Positions 9,862 through 19,548 of a stretch of 61,499 nt of DNA are shown here, piece by piece. Location of the stretch: positions 326,607 through 388,105 of IMG/VR virus record IMGVR_UViG_3300029288_000054; one strand, given 5' to 3'. Within the stretch, counting starts at the first letter, position 1. Each line of letters starts with the position of its first letter. A program made the position numbers and the translations under genes. Source of the stretch: a virus (lineage: Duplodnaviria > Heunggongvirae > Uroviricota > Caudoviricetes). The notes beneath the pieces were generated by a model that was not told the DNA's origin, did not search any database, and saw only the letters and a list, made by a program, of their open reading frames with translations.

Positions 9862-10419
9862 ACGCCAGGATTCATAGTTGCTACTGATGTCGGTGCAGGA
9901 ATTGCAGCTACAGAGAATAATCTGAAGCCGGTTTATCAATATACCTGGGAGATCGTTAATTTATTCGAAGACAACCGCAACTTATTCCCGACGAAACTAT
10001 TAGCAAAGGAGGCGACACTACCGACCTTCACGATCACAAAAGATACTGTCGACGGTTCTTCTCTCGTTTATAAATATGCTGGGATGGTTACTTGGGAAGA
10101 TATCAGAATCACGTTCTATGATGTCGTGGTAGGTTCTAACAAGGCATCGCAGATTATTAAGGATTGGCGTGAGAAAGTATGGTCGGTGAAGACAGGTCTT
10201 AGTAGTCCAGTTGACTATAAGAAAGATTCTGTTATTAAAGTCTACAACCTAGACTTCTCAGCATGGACTACTTGGACTCTTTATGGTAGCTGGCCGCAGA
10301 GCGTTAAAGAAGGAGATTTGACATATACAGCTACCGAGATAAAGGTGATCGACGTAACTATTGCGTATGATTGGGCCGATTCTTCGTCAGACAGCAATTA
10401 TGTACCAGAAGGTTATTGA
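9862..10419 (+). CDS. tail tube-like protein, paralog 3 (probable ACG start)
   Basis: TAAGGAG SD then ACG CCA GGA TTC; YAGMVTWEDIRITFYD, GSWPQSVKEGDLTY, IAYD. Confidence 0.75.
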   Translation, partial: TPGFIVATDVGAGIAATENNLKPVYQYTWEIVNLFEDNRNLFPTKLLAKEATLPTFTITKDTVDGSSLVYKYAGMVTWEDIRITFYDVVVGSNKASQIIKDWREKVWSVKTGLSSPVDYKKDSVIKVYNLDFSAWTTWTLYGSWPQSVKEGDLTYTATEIKVIDVTIAYDWADSSSDSNYVPEGY

Positions 10420-10491
10420 TATTCTTGCTAGATCTTCTGCTTGGTAGATATAATCTAGACCGCATAAAACAAGCTATCTATAGGTGGACCA

Positions 10492-11517
10492 ATGGCAGAT
10501 CGTGTAGAAGAAGAAGTACGTCTTACTGGCGGTGATACTCCGAGCCCATTGCAAGCACAAATGCAATCGGCAACGCCATTGAGTGAAAAGCCAGTCTCAG
10601 ATATCTCGAAACTGGTCGGGAATGCGACATCCGACCTTGATATCGTCGATATCATTTCAAGAGCTACGCCGGAACAGCTAATTCCTTGGGAAGAGACAAC
10701 CTTACCAAGTAAAGGACTCTACTACGGTTGGAGTTCTGGGGTAATTGGTGTCAAGGCGTGGTCGGCAAAGGTTGATAAGATCTTGGCTACTGCACGGCTG
10801 GCACAAACTGGCCAATCTATCGATTATATGCTCAAAGAATGCTGCCGGTTCCCGGATGGGTTCGATGTGCAAGATTTATTGGTTGGCGATCAGATCTATC
10901 TCTTGTACTATCTGCGTGGTATTACTCACGGCAATATCTATGAGTTTGCGTCGACTTGCCCGAATCAGCAATGTCAGCAAGTCGCCACACATACCATCGA
11001 TTTGAATGAGCTTGTCACCACGATCGTTTGGGCAAATGAATCGCTCGGCTCTGAGCCTTTTAAGGTGTCACTGCCATATCTGAGCAAGACGACCGGGAGG
11101 GAAATTACGGCATCGATCAGATATCTCCGCGTACGTGATGCGAACGGTATCCAGCGTGCGAAGAAGGCACAAAATATGGTTGTTGGCGGCTCTAGAGCCA
11201 AAATCAAGCCAAGAGAACGTGCTCAACAATTCGTTGATCATAGCCGGGATGAGATTGCTCTCGATGATCTGGTCACACAGAATATTGAGACGGTTATTGT
11301 CGATATTATGGGAGTTACGGATCGATTTAAGATTAAGAGCATCGTTAATAAGATGCACTCTACGGATATAGCCGTCATCAGAGAGTGGCTATCCGAAAAT
11401 ACCCCAAGCATCGAAACGATGGTCGAGATACAATGTGCGGCATGCAATGAAGCATACCGCGCTATGTTGCCGATCACCGAATCCTTTTTTCGTCCACAAA
11501 TCACACGAACAGTGTGA
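10492..11517 (+). CDS. baseplate hub / tail assembly chaperone, T4 gp26-like
   Basis: LPSKGLYY, LLVGDQIYLLYYLRGITHG, CPxxxC and CxxC motifs, C-terminal LPITESFFRP. Confidence 0.75.
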   Translation: MADRVEEEVRLTGGDTPSPLQAQMQSATPLSEKPVSDISKLVGNATSDLDIVDIISRATPEQLIPWEETTLPSKGLYYGWSSGVIGVKAWSAKVDKILATARLAQTGQSIDYMLKECCRFPDGFDVQDLLVGDQIYLLYYLRGITHGNIYEFASTCPNQQCQQVATHTIDLNELVTTIVWANESLGSEPFKVSLPYLSKTTGREITASIRYLRVRDANGIQRAKKAQNMVVGGSRAKIKPRERAQQFVDHSRDEIALDDLVTQNIETVIVDIMGVTDRFKIKSIVNKMHSTDIAVIREWLSENTPSIETMVEIQCAACNEAYRAMLPITESFFRPQITRTV

Positions 11518-11530
11518 AAAAGAATGGAAT

Positions 11531-11713
11531 ATGCTGATGGAGCAGCAATTCATGTTGAGAGCAGGAGTGGGCGGTACTGGGGAATTAACGCTATTCGAGC
11601 AGAACTCGATGACTGGCGAGGAGCGTGCTTGGTGGGCTAAAAAGTTAGAGAGAGTTGCTGAAGAACGAAATAAGAAGGAATCTTCAGCAATGCCGTCTAC
11701 TCTACCTCACTAA
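11531..11713 (+). CDS. gp51-like small chaperone; possibly the frameshift extension of the upstream gene
   Basis: QFML...MTGEERAWWAKKL...ERNKK motif; frame is open from upstream of 11485. Confidence 0.55.
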   Translation: MLMEQQFMLRAGVGGTGELTLFEQNSMTGEERAWWAKKLERVAEERNKKESSAMPSTLPH

Positions 11714-11753
11714 TAATCTTCGGCTTAGCAAAGATATTGAAACGAGGTGCAGT

Positions 11754-12629
11754 ATGGCTGTATATCAACGAATTTCTGCTAGGCGTGGTAACACAGTACA
11801 ATTAGACACGCGATTCCTGCGAGGTGGGATTCCTACCGCCCCGTACGCGATTCGTAAAGTCGACATATATAAGACCCAAATAATCCCAGCGAATTTGATC
11901 GCATCATTCGTTGTTGTTGATCCCTGGGAGTCGAATTATCCTTCTCCTGTCGAGTATATTAGGGGCGACACGCCCGATGGAGCTTGCGGAACAGAGGGAG
12001 AACAAGGAGCAATACTGCCAGGTGAATATCGACTATTGCTTGATATTCCAGCAGACGCAGCCGTACCTGATGTTTATTTCGACGTTTGGAGCTACATCCC
12101 AACCGACCCCTGCACTCTTGAAGAATTTACCGGTGCATGCGTAATTGGTACCGATGGATATACGAGATATCCGGACTTAAACGATCCCGCGTTGAGTGGA
12201 CTGATCCTGCAAGCATGCAATAAATTCTGGGTGTATGCAGATGATTGGGATGTACAAGACTCACTAACATCAATCAGACTTGGCTTCGAACCACTTGATC
12301 AGAAGTTCAACCAGCCAGAGATCAGACCATTAGAAATCGGCATCATGCCTTTGCCGCTGTATGATTATGATTTTAATTTGGTAGCACCTATCCTACCACA
12401 ACTTGTCGGTACTATCACAATTCAGACAGAAAATCATGAAATATTGGTCGAGGAAGAGCCATTGACTATAGGCTTGCGGCAAGGATCGTATCGTTCGAAT
12501 CCGTATGTGTTCAGATATATGGTTGATACGACTAAATTCTTGAAAGGGACTTACCAATATAAGATCACCGCTATACTTCCAGACGGTTCGACACGATGCA
12601 GCAAGCAATTTATTTTGACGATATCGTAA
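11754..12629 (+). CDS. hypothetical structural protein
   Basis: GAGGT SD before ATG 11754; beta-rich, ends with Ig-like KGTYQYKITA. Confidence 0.6.
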   Translation: MAVYQRISARRGNTVQLDTRFLRGGIPTAPYAIRKVDIYKTQIIPANLIASFVVVDPWESNYPSPVEYIRGDTPDGACGTEGEQGAILPGEYRLLLDIPADAAVPDVYFDVWSYIPTDPCTLEEFTGACVIGTDGYTRYPDLNDPALSGLILQACNKFWVYADDWDVQDSLTSIRLGFEPLDQKFNQPEIRPLEIGIMPLPLYDYDFNLVAPILPQLVGTITIQTENHEILVEEEPLTIGLRQGSYRSNPYVFRYMVDTTKFLKGTYQYKITAILPDGSTRCSKQFILTIS

Positions 12630-12632
12630 AAC

Positions 12633-15407
12633 ATGATCCAATATACAAAAATCGGATTAACAACATATGTCGAAGTGATCCAGGTCACTCCATCGGTGGG
12701 TAAATTCGCTATAAGTACCGTGATATTGGGTGTCTCTAGGTGGCAGAATCCTGGTAATCGATTCGATGTAATGGGAGATGGCGTAGTTGATATTAACGAC
12801 TATAATGCGATAGCTAATTATATCGCCACCTATGGGGCCGGGCCGCTGCCGAAGAATAGACCAGCAAATCAGCCATATGTTGATGTAAGTGGCGATGGCG
12901 TCGTTGATAATCGTGATATTACGCAGCTTCTTGCTTATATGCAGAACAAGAAGCTCATCGATACAACACAAATGCCAGAATATGGTATTGTTGATATCAA
13001 ACTAGAACGTGATCTGGTTGATCCAACTACCGTAACGACCGCTAAGGATGTCGCCGCCCAGAAGAATATTTTTCCGACAAATGACTATCTGGTTTTTCAA
13101 CGTGATCTGTCAACCAATGATCTGACTGAGATTTCATATTCAACGCCAGTAGCTAGTCGAGATAGTCTTGTTTTTGTTAATAAACAAGTTATCGTCCCTG
13201 TTCATCCATTTACCCCCGGATGCTACAATGACTCGTGCGTTTTTAGGCTGATAAAATCAAGAATCGCTGCAAGCGAAATATTGCCGATACGATTCAACAA
13301 GGCTGTTAGTACAACTGGAGTTATAACTGGTAGCGGATTGCCTATGCCTGGTATGGATACGAGCGATATGCCAGCACAACCAGTAGTAACAGAGCAAGTT
13401 ACACCGACCATCACATATGTTGAACAGACTGCGGTTGGAGAAGTGACTACAGATCCAACAGAACCGACTCCGATAGAGATTACACCGCCGCCAGTCGTGA
13501 TTCTCGACATATTCCCGTCGCCGTGTGTTATTATCGGTGAGATAAAGCTGGTTTGCATGTCGACTGATGGCAGTGGTAATGCTAGCACTGCGACCTGCAC
13601 TGCGAAGATGACCTCCAACACGACACCGACACCATATGTAGTTAGTGCAGATAGCGCACGATCAGAAAACAACCCAACGCATCTTGGGCAGTATGTTTTC
13701 AAGTCTTATCGTTATGGCGTACAACAGATCGAAACGACGTTAGACCCGACAACTTCGGACTTTTATCATTGGATTGGTGGTGACTACGAAATAAATTGGG
13801 CATTATCGGGTGGCGACGACCCCAGCCGTATGGCTGGCTTCATTGATCCAAGAACTATACCAGGTGCCTATCTGATCTGTATAGAGGATCAGCGGCCTCC
13901 TCGTGGGTCTGTGTTTGATGCATGTGTTCTGGTACGTCCTTTACCTGATGGTAAAGTTAGCTGCTTGCAGAACGGCGAATCAGATCATACTTATACGCAC
14001 AAACTATTTGGCCCAGATGGTAATGTGGTCTTCAATCCGTTCGTCCATGGTAATGCGTGGACGACATGGGAAGAGGCGTCGTTCTTCTGTCCGGCGTGGA
14101 AGGCATTCAACAGATCTAGCCTCGACGAGAACGATATGTGGGCTAGTCAGCCTACGTCGTTCCCACATTATCTGCAGTATGATTTCAATACCCCTGTAGT
14201 CATAAATAAATATGCAATACAAGAACGCAATTCGCCAAATTTTGTGGGATTTCCAAGAGATTTCACTCTACAAGCTTCAAATGATAATATGACCTGGACG
14301 ACACTTGACGCGAGAGCCAGCGTCAATGCGCCAGGCCCAGCGTCTTGGAGTAGTTACTTCACATTTAACAATGGGACAGCGTATCGCTACTATAGATTAA
14401 ACGTTACTGCTGTCACTGGTGGCGGGACCGAGACCAATATATCTGAGCTCAAGCTAATTTGTGTTTCTGTTGACGGTGCAAATAATGCTGCAACGAATGC
14501 TTGCACTGCTATTATGGCATCTAACACAGTGCCGGAACCGAATGTTGTTAATGCTACGAGTGAATATTATTCTGAGTATCGCTCGACATATTATTCGGCA
14601 TGGAAAGCATTCAGTGGCACAAATCTTGGTGAATCAGATAGATGGATAAGTGCAACATCAATCGCACCGTGGTATATCCAATACGATTTTGGTGTTGGCC
14701 GTGCAGTTGCTATAAACAAATACGCCATCCAAGAGCAGAATTACAATGGTACGACTGTTATAAATGGCGAAATCATAAACGAACAGAGCTACAACAGCGG
14801 GGACGGATTCCCACGTGATTTCACTCTTCAAGGTTCAAACGATGGTACTAACTGGATCGTTTTAGACACAAGAATTAACATCGAAGCGCCAGGTTTGAAT
14901 TCTTGGACTCCATACTTTACGTTTACTAATGGTGTAGCTTATCGATATTATAAGATTCATATTACTGTTGTTAATGGGCAGCTAGCAATGCCAATCGTGG
15001 GTGAGACGTCACCAACAGATTGTACGATCGTTGCAAGCCCAAGTGCTACGATCCGTAATGTCGTGATCACACAATATAATGAGGCTGAACGTGTTACTCC
15101 TGTGTTCCAGACAGCAGGACAATCGCAGACAACTCTCTACTCTAATCAGGATTTAGTCATAACCTTCAATGCATATGACCTTGAGAAGGGCGTCTATTCA
15201 GCATCGTTGTGGTTGGATGGAGTGCGAATACCGATTACTACAGGACCGCATACAGATACGAGTGTTGGAGGAGTAAACTTTGGTGTGGCAATAGGACAGC
15301 GTGCTTCAGGCATACATAGCTACACAATTGTAGCTATAAATAACGACGGCGTTTCAACAACACCACCATACACTTGCTGGTTTACTGTATTGCAGGGCGG
15401 AGCGTGA
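12633..15407 (+). CDS. adhesin-like virion protein: planctomycete-type dockerin + two discoidin (F5/8C-like) domains + Ig-like domain
   Basis: DVMGDGVVDIND / DVSGDGVVDNRD pair; duplicated AWKAF...QYDF...INKYAIQE...FPRDFTLQxSND...AYRYY. Confidence 0.75.
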   Translation: MIQYTKIGLTTYVEVIQVTPSVGKFAISTVILGVSRWQNPGNRFDVMGDGVVDINDYNAIANYIATYGAGPLPKNRPANQPYVDVSGDGVVDNRDITQLLAYMQNKKLIDTTQMPEYGIVDIKLERDLVDPTTVTTAKDVAAQKNIFPTNDYLVFQRDLSTNDLTEISYSTPVASRDSLVFVNKQVIVPVHPFTPGCYNDSCVFRLIKSRIAASEILPIRFNKAVSTTGVITGSGLPMPGMDTSDMPAQPVVTEQVTPTITYVEQTAVGEVTTDPTEPTPIEITPPPVVILDIFPSPCVIIGEIKLVCMSTDGSGNASTATCTAKMTSNTTPTPYVVSADSARSENNPTHLGQYVFKSYRYGVQQIETTLDPTTSDFYHWIGGDYEINWALSGGDDPSRMAGFIDPRTIPGAYLICIEDQRPPRGSVFDACVLVRPLPDGKVSCLQNGESDHTYTHKLFGPDGNVVFNPFVHGNAWTTWEEASFFCPAWKAFNRSSLDENDMWASQPTSFPHYLQYDFNTPVVINKYAIQERNSPNFVGFPRDFTLQASNDNMTWTTLDARASVNAPGPASWSSYFTFNNGTAYRYYRLNVTAVTGGGTETNISELKLICVSVDGANNAATNACTAIMASNTVPEPNVVNATSEYYSEYRSTYYSAWKAFSGTNLGESDRWISATSIAPWYIQYDFGVGRAVAINKYAIQEQNYNGTTVINGEIINEQSYNSGDGFPRDFTLQGSNDGTNWIVLDTRINIEAPGLNSWTPYFTFTNGVAYRYYKIHITVVNGQLAMPIVGETSPTDCTIVASPSATIRNVVITQYNEAERVTPVFQTAGQSQTTLYSNQDLVITFNAYDLEKGVYSASLWLDGVRIPITTGPHTDTSVGGVNFGVAIGQRASGIHSYTIVAINNDGVSTTPPYTCWFTVLQGGA

Positions 15408-15408
15408 T

Positions 15409-18400
15409 ATGACGGTGCCAACTAGACAAATCGTGCAATCTCAGACCTCTACTGTGCAGCAGTATCCGATTTCGTTCGATAACAGATATATGCTCACTGG
15501 ATTTGTGAGTGCTAGTTTGGTGCCGGGTACGCCGTTTGTCAATATGTGGGGTAACGTCACTGTAGCTAGTTTATTGGTGACAGATAAAAAAGGCGTCACG
15601 TCAAGAATCAATAGACGACTACAGACGCTGAATCAAGATAATATATCTGTAGCTTACGATCAGGAGACACTAGATTCTGTCTTAGCTTTGTTGCGGATTT
15701 GCCGCTGGCCTGATATAGAACATTATAAGGCGTTTCTGCTAGATGCGAACACCTTATATCCATGTACTGTTACGAATCTTGAAACTAATCAATGGGTATC
15801 GCAGCCACTCGAAATTGACATTGATCACACAATATTCACTACACAATACGCCACATGGCAAGTTCAACAATTGGAGTATGCTGGCTATAATCTACCACAA
15901 CTCGGAGATATTTGGAGTGGCGGACTAGTTTTAGAAATAGAAAATACGATGGTGGATCTTGGTTCCTATCGTACCCAAGATGTACTATTCGGAAGTTCTA
16001 CCACAAGCCCGACATATATTGAGAAATTGACAGCTACCTTACCTGTAGCTGGATATCAATACTTACGTGCAGCCGGGTATAACACACCTTTCGTTAGAGC
16101 CGATTTACCTTATACGCTAGAATGGTATAGTGATTCGTCTGATGTTGTGGCGACAGATTTATATTGTAGAGACTTATGTTGTTCTGGCTGTGACGGGGTT
16201 TACTATGGCAGCTTTCCTCCATCAGGCTCGGTCGCTGTTGACGGACACCCGAATGGAACTCAACGCCTATGGCTCATTAAAGGCAAGAATGCATCTGGTG
16301 CAGTTATCACGCAGATGTGGTTCAGTGCTGTCGCAACATGCCCGAGAAGGTTGACATATTTCGGAGATTTCATAGAAGATTGCAAGCTGCCACCCTCACC
16401 GCCACCACCTCCACCTCCACCGTCGCCGACTCCACTTCCGCCACCACCATCGCCCTCGACCAGCCCGTCGCCGTCGCCGTCGCCATCAAGATCATCTTGG
16501 CAGTCGCCCTCTCCGTCGCCTTCACCTTCGCAATCATTGTTATCGCCATCAGTTTCCAGATCGCCTTCACCTTCTATATCGCCATCGGCTGAATCGCCTT
16601 CAACATCTAGATCGCCTTCACCTTCAACATCCAGATCACCATTAGCTTCACAATCATTATCGCTTTCTCCTTCTTTGAGTAGGTCGTTATCGCCGTCATT
16701 GTCGCCTTCACCTTCGCCTTCATTATCTCATTCGTTGTCGCCGTCGCCATCACCATCACTTTCAAGGTCGATGTCGCCATCTCCTTCACCATCGGTGGAA
16801 GTTAGCCATAATTATGGCAAGCCGCGTATTTCCGATGGTGTTGATGGTAGATTTGTGATTGTTTGGGAGAATAATGATAACGCGGCTGCGCCTGTCGTGA
16901 TGGCGCAGGTTTTTGCAGCTAATAATACGCCAATTACCGGTGCTTTTATAGTGCCATCTTACGTTGATAAAACAAGTCGAACTCCAGATGTAGCAATGGG
17001 TCCAGATGGGACATTTATGGTTGTTTGGGAAGGTCCAGACCTCGATTACGCCACTGGCATCCAATGTAGATCGTATGATGCAAACGGCAACCCGGTATAT
17101 AATCCAGTATCAGGCGACAACGGGCAATTTCGTATTAACGCACTTGCTAGCGCACGTTATTATACGCCAGCCATAGGCATGCGTTCCGATAAGAGTTTTG
17201 TAGTTGTGTGGCCCGAATATTACAATATTAGTAGTAACAATCCAGGCACTCGCATTTTTGGCTCACGGAGATATGCTGGCGGCAATCCGATGAGCGGCCA
17301 ATTTCAAGTGACGCCAGATAACCCAGGTGGCTATAATTATAAAATCAACCCAGATGTTGATGTTGCAGACAATGGCGATTTTACTGTTGTTTGGGATGAA
17401 GGTTGGCAAGATTATGCGAACACATTTCAAGTATTTGGTATTCGCTATAATGCTGCACAAACTCTGATTACAGGCGCGTTCAAAGTCAACCAAATCAATT
17501 CTATGATGGATTGGGATGGTATGATGTCGCCGAGAGTATCAGTTGCACCGGGCGGCTCATTCGTAGTAGTTTGGCACAGATATCCAAACTTTAGCGGACC
17601 TGACTACATCACTCCGACACCGACAGGTGGATTTGCTACCGTTATTAGACGTTATAATTCAGCCGGCGCAGCACAAGGCGGTGAATTCCAACTGAATCAA
17701 GGATTCTTGACCAATTATACGTCGCCACGTGGAGAAAGTGGATATCTTTATAATGTTTATCCGGATGTTGCGTGTGACAAAGACGGCAATTTCATCGTCG
17801 TTTGGGAGACTACTTGGTCATCAGCAGAGAAACGTGATGATCCGATAACATTAGACGGTGCGATATGGGGTAGAGAATGCAATGTCGGTGGCGGTACAAT
17901 CACAGATGAATTTTCTGTTAACAACTATCAAATGGCACATCGTGCTATTGGTAGTCAAGCATACCCAGCAGTGACTCGAAAAGCTGGTAGCGGTCAATGG
18001 GTTGCCGCTTGGCAAGGGCCACAAGGTATCGCACCAGACGGAGGACCGTTAGGCATTTATCGTTTACAAGTTACAGATCCAAACGATATCAGACGGCAGC
18101 CAATACCATCAATATTTTGGGTACTAAACGCACCACTTTCTGGTAACTATCCTCAGGGATCTAATGTCACTGTTTCTTGGTTCGCAAATGGTATCCAACC
18201 AGGTTATACTGTTTGTTTATGTATTACTTCTGACCCTGGGTGGGGAGGTACGCCAATATGGATTTCGGTAGGTGCCATTCCTGCCGCAAATGGCTGGGCG
18301 AATTGGATATGGAATGGCCGCAACACTGACGGTAATCTTGTCCCGAAAGGCACTTACTACATTGCCGGTTATATTTGGAATGGTAGCGGTCCTACATATG

Positions 18401-18432
18401 CTCATGCCACAACTACATTTATAATTAGCTAA
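15409..18432 (+). CDS. adhesin-like protein: Pro/Ser stalk, seven-repeat beta-propeller-like domain, FlgD-type Ig C-terminus
   Basis: About 135-aa P/S tract; seven P-x-[VI]...[FW]-x-x-x-W repeats; WNGRNTDGNLVPKGTYYI. Confidence 0.7.
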   Translation: MTVPTRQIVQSQTSTVQQYPISFDNRYMLTGFVSASLVPGTPFVNMWGNVTVASLLVTDKKGVTSRINRRLQTLNQDNISVAYDQETLDSVLALLRICRWPDIEHYKAFLLDANTLYPCTVTNLETNQWVSQPLEIDIDHTIFTTQYATWQVQQLEYAGYNLPQLGDIWSGGLVLEIENTMVDLGSYRTQDVLFGSSTTSPTYIEKLTATLPVAGYQYLRAAGYNTPFVRADLPYTLEWYSDSSDVVATDLYCRDLCCSGCDGVYYGSFPPSGSVAVDGHPNGTQRLWLIKGKNASGAVITQMWFSAVATCPRRLTYFGDFIEDCKLPPSPPPPPPPPSPTPLPPPPSPSTSPSPSPSPSRSSWQSPSPSPSPSQSLLSPSVSRSPSPSISPSAESPSTSRSPSPSTSRSPLASQSLSLSPSLSRSLSPSLSPSPSPSLSHSLSPSPSPSLSRSMSPSPSPSVEVSHNYGKPRISDGVDGRFVIVWENNDNAAAPVVMAQVFAANNTPITGAFIVPSYVDKTSRTPDVAMGPDGTFMVVWEGPDLDYATGIQCRSYDANGNPVYNPVSGDNGQFRINALASARYYTPAIGMRSDKSFVVVWPEYYNISSNNPGTRIFGSRRYAGGNPMSGQFQVTPDNPGGYNYKINPDVDVADNGDFTVVWDEGWQDYANTFQVFGIRYNAAQTLITGAFKVNQINSMMDWDGMMSPRVSVAPGGSFVVVWHRYPNFSGPDYITPTPTGGFATVIRRYNSAGAAQGGEFQLNQGFLTNYTSPRGESGYLYNVYPDVACDKDGNFIVVWETTWSSAEKRDDPITLDGAIWGRECNVGGGTITDEFSVNNYQMAHRAIGSQAYPAVTRKAGSGQWVAAWQGPQGIAPDGGPLGIYRLQVTDPNDIRRQPIPSIFWVLNAPLSGNYPQGSNVTVSWFANGIQPGYTVCLCITSDPGWGGTPIWISVGAIPAANGWANWIWNGRNTDGNLVPKGTYYIAGYIWNGSGPTYAHATTTFIIS
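16390..16794 (+). repeat. low-complexity Pro/Ser coding repeat
   Basis: Degenerate TCN-CCN hexamers encoding PPPP and SPSPS runs. Confidence 0.9.
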
Positions 18433-18456
18433 TTCTGCTGTCGTATTTCATATTAG

Positions 18457-19548
18457 ATGTACGTCCCAATACCAAAAGACAAGATAACTGGCTGGGTTTA
18501 TAAGAATTTCCCTGACTGCAAACCGAGAAAGGGAGGCGATGAGCTACGCATCAACAATCCGTTCGATGGCGATGACGGATATCATTTCAATATCAGTGTT
18601 GAAAAGGCTTCTGTCCATGACTGGCGTGGCGACTCAGCGTGGGCTGGTATAAACCCAAATACCGGCAAGATTAACAAGCGAACGTTCTTGAGATTCGTTC
18701 AGCACTATCTGACTCTCAAGAAAGGAAGCTGTTCATTCTCTCAAGCCGTCCAAGACGTTCTTGGAGCGTCTTCTGGTGCCCGTGCGTTGTTCAAGTGGCA
18801 CAGAACACGTCTGATGCCAGAGCTCAAAGAAAACGCTTCTCTCGCCCTTCCCGAAGGCACGACGGAATTTGGTGAGACACAGCCCAAGCTTGTGGCTGGC
18901 TTAATTGCTTGGCTTGCTAGTAGGGGTGTCGATCACAGGAAAATCAACAAATATCAGATCAGGTATAGTGGTCTTAATGTGGTATGGCCGTACTTTGAGT
19001 ACGATGAGCTAGTCTATTGGCAAAGCAGATCACGCCTCAACAAGAAATTCATGTTTCCACCGGAAAGTGTCGGCGTGACGAAAGGCCAATTCTTTTACGG
19101 GTTTGATCAAGTTGAGCCAGCAAGTTTTGTTATAATAGTCGAATCAATCTTCAATTGCCTGACATTGGAAGATCAATGCCTTGCCTCTGGTGGATCATCT
19201 CTTACCGATACTCAAGCCAAAAAGATGCGGCTGATCGGTCCTAAAGATGGCATTATTCTTGCACCAGACAATGATAAGGCCGGTATAGAGAGCATATTCT
19301 ACAATGCTGCACTACTACAACCGCTCGACTACAAGATTTTCTATGCTTTGCCGCCAATCGTGCAATTACCAGATGGTAAAATGAGCAACGACTGGAACGA
19401 TCTTGTAAAAGTAGCTGATTTGCCTGAGATACGACAAACATTCGAGAAGAGCGTTAAGCCATTCAACATACAGCAGAAGCTATATCTGGAGAACAGATTG
19501 AGGAATATGGCGAATGTCGTCAAGCCTAAGCTACTTGAGCAATCTTAA
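18457..19548 (+). CDS. DNA primase (DnaG/TOPRIM type)
   Basis: WLASRGV, YWQSR, IIVESIFN, LAPDNDKAG, DWND. Confidence 0.8.
   Translation: MYVPIPKDKITGWVYKNFPDCKPRKGGDELRINNPFDGDDGYHFNISVEKASVHDWRGDSAWAGINPNTGKINKRTFLRFVQHYLTLKKGSCSFSQAVQDVLGASSGARALFKWHRTRLMPELKENASLALPEGTTEFGETQPKLVAGLIAWLASRGVDHRKINKYQIRYSGLNVVWPYFEYDELVYWQSRSRLNKKFMFPPESVGVTKGQFFYGFDQVEPASFVIIVESIFNCLTLEDQCLASGGSSLTDTQAKKMRLIGPKDGIILAPDNDKAGIESIFYNAALLQPLDYKIFYALPPIVQLPDGKMSNDWNDLVKVADLPEIRQTFEKSVKPFNIQQKLYLENRLRNMANVVKPKLLEQS

Noticed and set aside
16390-16794. CRISPR array or DGR repeat
   Set aside because: Repeats are in-frame low-complexity codons with no spacers; no reverse transcriptase or cas genes seen
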